A DNA stretch of 64,000 bases from Bacteroidales bacterium (lineage in GTDB: Bacteria > Bacteroidota > Bacteroidia > Bacteroidales > WCHB1-69), in contig JAZLLH010000068.1 in NCBI GenBank assembly GCA_045598025.1, positions 6,234-70,233 of the forward strand, given 5' to 3'. Each line of letters opens with the position of its first letter. The stretch's first letter is position 1. The translations under genes and the position numbers were made by a program. Below are positions 50,048-57,320 of the stretch, piece after piece. Below the pieces are notes generated by a model that did not search any database, had not been told where the DNA came from, and saw only the letters and a list, made by a program, of their open reading frames with translations.

Positions 50048-51082
50048 ATGCTGTGCTTGAAAAAAAGAAAGATTTACGGACTGAAACGGGAGTTGTCCCG
50101 ACACAGGAAAGTAGTCATACTGATACACCACAATCCGGACGGAGACGCTCTCGGCTCCTCCCTCGCCTTGTCCATGTATCTGAAACAAAAGGGGCATGAG
50201 GTATGCGTCATTGCCCCCAACGAATTTCCCGAATTCCTGCAGTGGATGCCGGAATCCGAAAGCGTGCATATGGACAGCCTGGAACCGGAATTCTGCCGTT
50301 CCGCAGTCGAACACGCCGGATTCATTTTCTGTCTGGATTTCAACCAATCCAGCCGTATCAAAAGCCTACAGGAATCCCTGGACAAAAGCAAAGCTTACAA
50401 AGCATTGATCGACCATCACATTGAGCCGTCTCCGGATTTTGATTTCACTTATTCCGTCACGACGGAAACCTCCTCCACCTGCGAACTGGTATATAACTTC
50501 ATTGCCTACTGCATGGGAGACAAATCCAAAATTACCGTGGAAATGGCCCAGTGTCTCTACGTAGGCATCACCACGGACACAGGCTCTCTCAGTTACAGTT
50601 GCGACAATCCTTCCACCTATCATGTCGTCGGACAACTGATAGGCAAAGGCATTCATGGAGAAGCCATACACCGGAAGGTCTACGACACCTACTCCGAAAG
50701 CCGCATGCGCCTGCTCGGATTCTGTTTGAGCGAACGCATGGTTGTATTGGAAGGATACGCCACCTCCTACATCTTCCTCAGCAAGGAGGATTTGGAACGA
50801 TTCCATTACAAACAGGGAGATACAGAAGGAGTGGTCAACTATGGTTTGTCCATGCAAACCGTCCGGTTTACTGCCTTTTTCTCCGAAAAGGAAGGGCATA
50901 TCCGCATATCCTTCCGATCCAAAGGTGATTTTGACGTCAATGCCTACGCCAGGAAACATTTCCATGGAGGCGGACACAAAAATGCCGCTGGAGGAGAGTC
51001 CGATCAGAGCATGGAAGAATGCATTGCCTTGTTCCGCTCTACACTTGAACAATACAAAGACAGCCTGACAAAAAAAGACTGA
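50048..51082 (+). CDS. nrnA: DHH/DHHA1 phosphoesterase (NrnA-type oligoribonuclease / pAp phosphatase)
   Basis: 344 aa with motifs HHNPDGDALGS, DHH and GGGHKNAAGG. Confidence 0.85.
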   Translation: MLCLKKRKIYGLKRELSRHRKVVILIHHNPDGDALGSSLALSMYLKQKGHEVCVIAPNEFPEFLQWMPESESVHMDSLEPEFCRSAVEHAGFIFCLDFNQSSRIKSLQESLDKSKAYKALIDHHIEPSPDFDFTYSVTTETSSTCELVYNFIAYCMGDKSKITVEMAQCLYVGITTDTGSLSYSCDNPSTYHVVGQLIGKGIHGEAIHRKVYDTYSESRMRLLGFCLSERMVVLEGYATSYIFLSKEDLERFHYKQGDTEGVVNYGLSMQTVRFTAFFSEKEGHIRISFRSKGDFDVNAYARKHFHGGGHKNAAGGESDQSMEECIALFRSTLEQYKDSLTKKD

Positions 51083-51085
51083 ACC

Positions 51086-51601
51086 ATGAATAGAATTGCC
51101 ATACTGTTTGCCATTGGAGCAGTCCTGACAATGCAGGGATGCCGTCACAGAACGGAGATGCCCGACATCAGAGAACAATCCCCTACGCAGGAGCAGATGT
51201 TTCGCCTCAACAGAGACATTGTCAGAGACGAAGCCACAGACATACAGCTCCTCATACAACGCTACGGATGGCAGATGAAAGTCACGCCCTCAGGATTGTA
51301 TTACGAAATTACCCGACACACGGATTCCCGCCTGCTGCAAAAAGGTGAAAGCGTACAATTGAAATACCGTATCGCCTCCCTGGATGGAGAAGTGCTTTAT
51401 TCCTCCGAAAAAGACGGCATCAAGAATGTTGTGATAGAAAAGTCCGAAGAGCCCATGGGACTGCACGAAGCACTGAGACTGATGCGTCATGGAGAATATG
51501 CCCATCTGATCATTCCTGCCCATCTGGCCTACGGGAATTTGGGAGACGGAAACCGCATTCCCGGGTTTTCGGCCCTCGTCTGCTATATTGAAGTACTCTG
51601 A
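51086..51601 (+). CDS. FKBP-type peptidyl-prolyl isomerase lipoprotein (1 of 3)
   Basis: Lipobox (…LTMQGC). FKBP core block …AHLAYGNLGDGNRIP…. Confidence 0.75.
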   Translation: MNRIAILFAIGAVLTMQGCRHRTEMPDIREQSPTQEQMFRLNRDIVRDEATDIQLLIQRYGWQMKVTPSGLYYEITRHTDSRLLQKGESVQLKYRIASLDGEVLYSSEKDGIKNVVIEKSEEPMGLHEALRLMRHGEYAHLIIPAHLAYGNLGDGNRIPGFSALVCYIEVL

Positions 51602-51745
51602 AAGCAAGAAACGCCCGCATTTTCTTCGTACATTTTGAGAAATGCAATCGGGTAACGTCATTTTAGCCCAAGATAATGATTGTCAAATAAAAAACAAAAT
51701 TCCGAAAAATCTGATGCAAAACAGGCATTATATGTATTAATTTCG

Positions 51746-51753
51746 TAATTTTG
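51746..51753 (+). promoter_or_regulatory. -7 box TAatTTTG upstream of the second FKBP gene
   Basis: Exact TAnnTTTG match, 120 nt upstream of ATG 51874. The leader contains an 8-bp stem, GTAGGTTC (51784-51791) / GAACCTAC (51830-51837). Confidence 0.4.
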
Positions 51754-51873
51754 CATATTCATTTTTCGGGTAAAATGGTTCATGTAGGTTCGCTGTTTTG
51801 TCTGAAAATTAGAGGAAAATTAAATTTTAGAACCTACCGAAAAAAAACATCAATTATTAACAGTATCAGTTAC

Positions 51874-52722
51874 ATGAAACGTTTATTCATCATTACATTG
51901 GCTGTCTGCAGCATGCTCATGGCCACCTCCTGCAAGGACAAAAGATTCAAAGGTTATGACAAGACCGAAAACGGATTGTATTACAAATTCCTGGTAGAAA
52001 ACAAAGATGCGCGCGCTCCCCAACAGGGCGATTTTCTGTTCATCACGGTTTCCTACCGTACGGACAATGATTCTATTGTTTTCGATCCCCGCGATGTCAT
52101 TGACCAGATGCAGCCTTCCATATATACCGGAGACCTATACGAAGCCTACGGCCTGATGCACGAAGGCGACGAGGCTTCATTCATCATGAAAGCGGATACC
52201 CTCTTCCACTACATGGGATGGCCCGAAATTCCTTCCTTCATCACAGATGAAAGTGTAGTCTATTTCACCATCAAGTTGAACAGGATAGCTGGGGCCGACG
52301 AAATCAAAGCTGAAAAAAGCCAGGAAATCGACAAATACATCACCGACCACAATTTGACGGCCACACCGACGGAAAGCGGACTTTATTTCATTGAGCAGAA
52401 AGCCGGAAAGGGTGGAGCCATACAAGACGGAGATACCCTCAGCATCCACTATACCTTCAAACTGATTAACGACACCATTTTTGATTCTTCCTTAGGGAAA
52501 AACCCCATGCCCTGCATCGCAGGCAGAATGTTCCCCGGCATGGACGAAGGTCTCAAACTCATGAAACGCGGTGGTAAAGCCTTGATGATTATGCCTTATG
52601 ACATAGCTTTCGGGGTTCAGAATCCTTACATTCCGGTTCCTCCTTTCTCCACCATCATCGCAGAAATTGAGGTACTGCCCACGTTTATCCGTCCGGAAAT
52701 GCCTTCTCAACCCATAGAATAA
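51874..52722 (+). CDS. FKBP-type peptidyl-prolyl isomerase lipoprotein (2 of 3)
   Basis: ATG 51874 gives MKRLFIITLAVCSMLMATSC. Duplicated N-terminal domain plus a FKBP_C-like C-terminus (…MPYDIAFG…). Confidence 0.8.
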   Translation: MKRLFIITLAVCSMLMATSCKDKRFKGYDKTENGLYYKFLVENKDARAPQQGDFLFITVSYRTDNDSIVFDPRDVIDQMQPSIYTGDLYEAYGLMHEGDEASFIMKADTLFHYMGWPEIPSFITDESVVYFTIKLNRIAGADEIKAEKSQEIDKYITDHNLTATPTESGLYFIEQKAGKGGAIQDGDTLSIHYTFKLINDTIFDSSLGKNPMPCIAGRMFPGMDEGLKLMKRGGKALMIMPYDIAFGVQNPYIPVPPFSTIIAEIEVLPTFIRPEMPSQPIE

Positions 52723-52756
52723 GCAGAACAAAAAAGAGACGTGTAAAAAAAGAAAG

Positions 52757-53602
52757 ATGAAAGCCAAGAAATATCTTCTTTTCGGAATGGCCGCACTTGT
52801 ATTGACGGCTTGTACAGACTACAAAGGATACAAGAAAACGGAGAACGGACTTTACTATAAGTTTTTTTCTGACAATGCCACAGCCCGCAAGCCTCAGACA
52901 GGCGATGTTTTGAATATTTCCGTTGAAATCAAGACGCAGAACGATTCTGTTGTCCAACCGGCCACGGAAATCCTCACCATGCTGCAACCTTCCAAATACT
53001 CCGGTGACATTTTCGAAGGCCTGGCCATGATGCACGAAGGCGATTCCGCCTCCTTCATACTTTCGGCCGAAGACTATTACAGAACCTATCACTACGGACA
53101 AATTCCCTCTTTCGTCAATGCGAAAAAGAAAACCATGCTGTGGTTTACGGTCTGCCTGCACTCCATACAGACTTTCGATGAATACAAAGCCACCCAGGTC
53201 CAGAAAGCCATTGCCGAAGAAAAGGAACTGATGGCGGCCTATCTGGAAGAGCACCAGCTGCAAACCGAGCCGACAGCTTCCGGAATGTACTATATCGAAC
53301 AAAGGGCCGGCAAGGGTAACTGCCCCGCCAAAGGGAAGAAATGCAAAGTCCACTACAGAGGAACTTTGTTTGACGGTACAAAATTCGATTCTTCCTACGA
53401 CCGCAACGAACCGTTTGAATTCACACTCGGCATGGGACAGGTGATTGCCGGATGGGACGAAGGCGTCGCCATGATGAAAAAAGGAGGAAAAGCCGTTTTT
53501 CTGCTACCATCCAATCTGGCCTACGGCGAACGGGGTGCGGGAGAACTCATCAAGCCCTATACGCCCCTCATTTTTGAAGTCGAACTGATCGATTTTCAAT
53601 AA
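52757..53602 (+). CDS. FKBP-type peptidyl-prolyl isomerase lipoprotein (3 of 3; canonical FKBP_C)
   Basis: Motifs VHYRGTLFDGTKFDSSYDR, GMGQVIAGWDEG and PSNLAYGERG. Confidence 0.9.
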   Translation: MKAKKYLLFGMAALVLTACTDYKGYKKTENGLYYKFFSDNATARKPQTGDVLNISVEIKTQNDSVVQPATEILTMLQPSKYSGDIFEGLAMMHEGDSASFILSAEDYYRTYHYGQIPSFVNAKKKTMLWFTVCLHSIQTFDEYKATQVQKAIAEEKELMAAYLEEHQLQTEPTASGMYYIEQRAGKGNCPAKGKKCKVHYRGTLFDGTKFDSSYDRNEPFEFTLGMGQVIAGWDEGVAMMKKGGKAVFLLPSNLAYGERGAGELIKPYTPLIFEVELIDFQ

Positions 53603-53605
53603 AGA

Positions 53606-53645
53606 CAAATTGGCCGGCATTAACATGCCGGCCAATTTGATTATT
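53606..53645 (+). terminator. Strong hairpin terminator after the FKBP cluster
   Basis: Perfect 15-bp stem CAAATTGGCCGGCAT (53606-53620) / ATGCCGGCCAATTTG (53625-53639) with a TAAC loop, followed by T-rich sequence. Confidence 0.7.
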
Positions 53646-53667
53646 CAACGATTATTTTTAAAACAAA

Positions 53668-54528
53668 ATGACAAAAAAGACCTTTCTCTCTCTGTTGATA
53701 GCTGCTGTCCTGCTGTCAGGTACTGCCAAGAGTTTTGCGGATGGACCTGTGCCCAAAGTGGGCATATCTTTAAGCGGAGGAGCCGCGTTGGGCTACGCTC
53801 ATATCGGGTTCCTGCAGGCCATGGACGAAGCCGGCATCCGCCCCGACTGCATTGCGGGAACCTCCATGGGGGCCATCATCGGCATGATGTACGCCGCTGG
53901 GTATGCGCCCAGGGAAATTCTGCAGATTGTACGAAAGGAACACATGAACCGACTGAGCGGAATATACCATTTCGAACTACGCCACAAAGGCGGCCTGATG
54001 AGTACGCGCCATCTGCAGAAAGTTCTGTCAGCCTACGTTCCGCACAATCATTTCGACTCTCTTCCCATCCGTTTTTATTGCTGCACCTTCGACATGGATC
54101 ACCTGCAGCCGATATACCGAAGCAGAGGGGAACAACTGGTACAATACGTGACAGCTTCGGCTGCCATGCCTGGCGTATTTGCACCCCCATTGCTGGACAG
54201 TGTCCACTGCGTGGACGGGGGCATGTATGACAATCTTCCCGTCCTGCCGCTGCAAGAAGAAGGATGCGACATCCGCATTGCCTCCTATCTGCTGATAGAA
54301 CGCCCTTCAGAAACCACAAATGCAAAAAAATTATGGATGCACGCCTATTCCTATTGTACCTATTCCACCGCTCTCCCGCGTTTAGAACAGTTCACTGATG
54401 TGGCAACCATTGACCCGTATCCCTACTGGCTGACGGATTTCAAAAAAGCAGAGGAATTGTACGAACTCGGATACCGCTATGGAAAACAATTTTTCGAAAC
54501 CTTTTCAACCCATCCCAACCAACCATGA
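53668..54528 (+). CDS. Patatin-like phospholipase, secreted
   Basis: Signal peptide. Oxyanion SGGAALG, nucleophile GTSMG (GxSxG) and the DGG Asp motif (VDGGMYDN). Confidence 0.88.
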   Translation: MTKKTFLSLLIAAVLLSGTAKSFADGPVPKVGISLSGGAALGYAHIGFLQAMDEAGIRPDCIAGTSMGAIIGMMYAAGYAPREILQIVRKEHMNRLSGIYHFELRHKGGLMSTRHLQKVLSAYVPHNHFDSLPIRFYCCTFDMDHLQPIYRSRGEQLVQYVTASAAMPGVFAPPLLDSVHCVDGGMYDNLPVLPLQEEGCDIRIASYLLIERPSETTNAKKLWMHAYSYCTYSTALPRLEQFTDVATIDPYPYWLTDFKKAEELYELGYRYGKQFFETFSTHPNQP

Positions 54529-55364
54529 AAAATCCCTGTCTCCAACCCATACGCATTGACATCAACGATTACATCTACACAGGCGAAGGAGCGAGCGGAG
54601 CCGGCTATTTTCACAAGACCGACCCCACGCTGATGCTCAAACTCTACACAGCCGCTTCGCCCTATGAAATCATAGTAAACGAGCTGCTGTCTGCCCGTAA
54701 AGTCTACGATTTGGGCATACCGACTCCAGAACCAGGAGATTTCATCACCGACGGGAATGGACGCTATGGCATACGGTTTAAACGCATACAGGACAAGAAA
54801 TCCTTCTCCCGTGCCGTCGGAGACGAGCCGCAGCGAGTGGAATTCTACGCCCGCGAATTTGCTGGAATGTGCTTGGAACTGCATTCCGTACATGTCGACT
54901 GCACGCAGTTCCCGAACATGAAGGACGTCTACCTGCAAATGCTGAAGGAAAATCCATACTTCAATATGGAAGAAAGAAAGTGGGTGAAAGATTTTCTCTC
55001 CACTGTTCCGGACACCGATACCGCCCTGCATGGTGACTTGCAATACAGCAATGCCATTCTTTCCGAATCGGGCCGGTATTTCATCGATTTGGGTGATTTC
55101 GCTTACGGACATCCCTATTTTGACATCGGTCAAGTCATGCTGTGCTGCCTCTACTCTCCCGAGGCCTTCATTCGCGAAACCTTCCACATGGAACCGGAAA
55201 CGGCAAAAGCTTTTTGGAAATATTTTGTCAAAGGCTATTTCGGCGAACAGGCTGATGTCGAGGAAACCACCCGGATAATCCGCCCCTACTCCGGTCTGAA
55301 AACCCTGCTGATAGAACGGAACATAGGATCATACCATCCTCATTTCCATCAATTTTTAGGATAA
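54525..55364 (+). CDS. Phosphotransferase (APH / choline-kinase-like) family protein
   Basis: ATGA overlap with the patatin gene. Catalytic-loop HGDLQYSN and a DLGDFAYG (DxG-like) motif. Confidence 0.75.
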   Translation: MKNPCLQPIRIDINDYIYTGEGASGAGYFHKTDPTLMLKLYTAASPYEIIVNELLSARKVYDLGIPTPEPGDFITDGNGRYGIRFKRIQDKKSFSRAVGDEPQRVEFYAREFAGMCLELHSVHVDCTQFPNMKDVYLQMLKENPYFNMEERKWVKDFLSTVPDTDTALHGDLQYSNAILSESGRYFIDLGDFAYGHPYFDIGQVMLCCLYSPEAFIRETFHMEPETAKAFWKYFVKGYFGEQADVEETTRIIRPYSGLKTLLIERNIGSYHPHFHQFLG

Positions 55365-55418
55365 ATAGAAATATTCCATCCTTTTACCGTCAGCCAGCGT
55401 TCAGGAAAAGAGATAGGG

Positions 55419-56219
55419 CTACATGGACTGTATCTTTCGGGCCAAACGGGCGCAAAGTCCCGGGAAAAACTGCTTAATCCGGGCCATGATGAGTTCCGTG
55501 CTTCCGACCAGCACTTCGCGTTTCTTCATGTAAACGGCACGAGTGATGATTGCAGCTGCTTTTTCAGGGGTAATTCCCTTGGCCTGACCGGCATCCATCT
55601 TTCCATGAAGGCTTCCGTCTTTTTCCAAGGCATAAAACGAAATGCGTGTCTGCACACGACCGGGACATACGATAGTAACACGAATTCCTTTATCGTAATT
55701 TTCTGCCTGAACGGTTTCAAAAAATCCGTACAGGGCATGCTTTGACGAAGAATAGGCACAACGCAACGGAAATCCGAAACGGCCTGCAATACTGGTAGTC
55801 ACCACCAATTGACCTCCGCCGTTGGCTATCATTTTCGGCAGGACGGCCTTGGTCAGTATGACAGGTGCAAAATAATTCACCTCCATCACCTTGCGTATCA
55901 CCCCCATCTCGGTTTCCAGAGTTGTGGCCCGCTGGCTGATGCCGGCATTATTATACAACACATCCACCCTTCCGAAACGCTGCATGGCGGTCTCCGCCAA
56001 TTCATTTAACTGATCCGTACGGGAAAGATCGAAAGGCAGGGCAAAAGCATCAGGAGCTCCCAGTTTTTTGCATTTTTCAACCACCTTGTCCAACAAATCG
56101 GACTCCAGAGCGGTCAGAATCAAAGTAGCATTTTCCTCAGCCATACGATAGGCAGTCGCTTCGCCTATGCCGGATGAGGCTCCGGTAATCCAAACGACTT
56201 TATCTGCAAATTTCCCCAT
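55419..56219 (-). CDS. SDR family oxidoreductase
   Basis: 266 aa with TGASSGIG, NNAG and YSSSK motifs. Confidence 0.9.
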   Translation of the reverse strand: MGKFADKVVWITGASSGIGEATAYRMAEENATLILTALESDLLDKVVEKCKKLGAPDAFALPFDLSRTDQLNELAETAMQRFGRVDVLYNNAGISQRATTLETEMGVIRKVMEVNYFAPVILTKAVLPKMIANGGGQLVVTTSIAGRFGFPLRCAYSSSKHALYGFFETVQAENYDKGIRVTIVCPGRVQTRISFYALEKDGSLHGKMDAGQAKGITPEKAAAIITRAVYMKKREVLVGSTELIMARIKQFFPGLCARLARKIQSM

Positions 56220-56255
56220 ATTTCAATGTTGTGATATGTATGAATAATGAATCTG

Positions 56256-56263
56256 CAAAAGTA
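56256..56263 (-). promoter_or_regulatory. -7 box TACTTTTG (minus strand) upstream of the SDR gene
   Basis: Plus-strand CAAAAGTA at 56256-56263, 37 nt upstream of the ATG at 56219. Confidence 0.5.
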
Positions 56264-56322
56264 ATCAAAATAAATATACGCAGGCCCTAAAATAAAAATC
56301 TTTGTATTGTCTGTTTGCATCG

Positions 56323-56340
56323 TATTTTTGTGTACCTTTG
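56323..56340 (+). promoter_or_regulatory. Two tandem -7 boxes (TAttTTTG, TAccTTTG) upstream of a small lipoprotein gene
   Basis: Boxes at 56323-56330 and 56333-56340, with a TTTG at 56314-56317. ATG is at 56362. Confidence 0.5.
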
Positions 56341-56361
56341 CATCACATTCGATTGACGGAT

Positions 56362-56748
56362 ATGAGCATAAAAAAACGACTTGGAGGAATTTTTCTTTTT
56401 GCGGTCTTGGCCTTTTGCCTGGGCGCGGCTTTCTCCGGTTGCAAATCAGTAGAAGAAAGCGGGACGGAAACCGCTTCTGTGGAATATGGTGACCTGTACG
56501 GAATCCACCCCATCAAGGACGATGCCGGCATGTTGGCCGAAATTTCCACCACGACGGTTCCCTCTGTCGTTTCTCTGCGCCCGCAACAAATCCGGCCATC
56601 TTTTGAAAAAAACGGACTGAGGTTGGAAGCCAGATACAAGGTTACGGCCCGCCCCCGACAAGCCAACGAGATAACCACTACCTTCTGCCACCAGAATGTC
56701 TATCCCATAGACTACTTTATTTATTGCCAGCAGAAAATCAGGATTTAG
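56362..56748 (+). CDS. Small lipoprotein of unknown function
   Basis: ATG 56362 gives MSIKKRLGGIFLFAVLAFCLGAAFSGC (lipobox). 128 aa. Confidence 0.6.
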   Translation: MSIKKRLGGIFLFAVLAFCLGAAFSGCKSVEESGTETASVEYGDLYGIHPIKDDAGMLAEISTTTVPSVVSLRPQQIRPSFEKNGLRLEARYKVTARPRQANEITTTFCHQNVYPIDYFIYCQQKIRI

Positions 56749-56799
56749 TTTCACTTGATGTGACCTGCTCTGCGGATGCAGATCAGGAATTATTGTCTG

Positions 56800-56827
56800 C
56801 CGTTTTCCCGACAAAGACGGGAAACGG
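56800..56827 (+). terminator. Possible terminator hairpin
   Basis: CCGTTTTCCCG / CGGGAAACGG stem with one bulge and a 7-nt loop. The downstream T-tract is weak. Confidence 0.35.
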
Positions 56828-56865
56828 AGATTTCTTCATATCTATTAACTTAAAAATCAGTGATC

Positions 56866-57231
56866 ATGGAAGAATACACCAACATCAAGAAAAAAATACA
56901 ATCAATGAGTAAAGAAGGTTTTGTAAAAAAACTTTTCGGGTACGTATACCAACCCAGCGGAAGCCGCATGCGTTTTCACGAAACCTGTCTCAGCCAAAGT
57001 GATTTTCAAAAGGTCCAAAATTACATAGCACAGGGAGACCTGTCCAAATTGGACGAAATCAAGAAAACGGAACTGAGTTCCAATCGCATGCAATGTTACA
57101 TCGGACAACAGAAAGACATCGCATTGGTGCAACTCGGCACCTTTGTGCCACACAAATTTGTGGATATTACCGATGTTATTACCGTCAAAGGGAAAGATGC
57201 CGCACTCCTGATGGATTTTTTCAGGAAATAA
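56866..57231 (+). CDS. Hypothetical cytoplasmic protein (about 121 aa)
   Basis: ORF with ATG at 56866 (GTG at 56860 in the track). No recognisable motif. Followed by a strong terminator. Confidence 0.5.
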   Translation: MEEYTNIKKKIQSMSKEGFVKKLFGYVYQPSGSRMRFHETCLSQSDFQKVQNYIAQGDLSKLDEIKKTELSSNRMQCYIGQQKDIALVQLGTFVPHKFVDITDVITVKGKDAALLMDFFRK

Positions 57232-57263
57232 TACATTTCCCTTTTGTTTTTTTACTACATTTG

Positions 57264-57296
57264 CGATGTCTGCGTTGGCAGACATCGTTTTTTTTT
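57264..57296 (+). terminator. Strong Rho-independent terminator
   Basis: Perfect 10-bp stem CGATGTCTGC / GCAGACATCG with a GTTG loop, followed by nine T residues. Confidence 0.85.
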
Positions 57297-57320
57297 AAAT
57301 TATTTATCAATTGATATGTT

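Noticed and set aside
53668-54528. The patatin-like lipase as a CBASS-type effector.
   Set aside because: It has a secretion signal, there is no cyclase or nucleotide-sensor gene nearby, and its neighbour is a kinase-fold protein.
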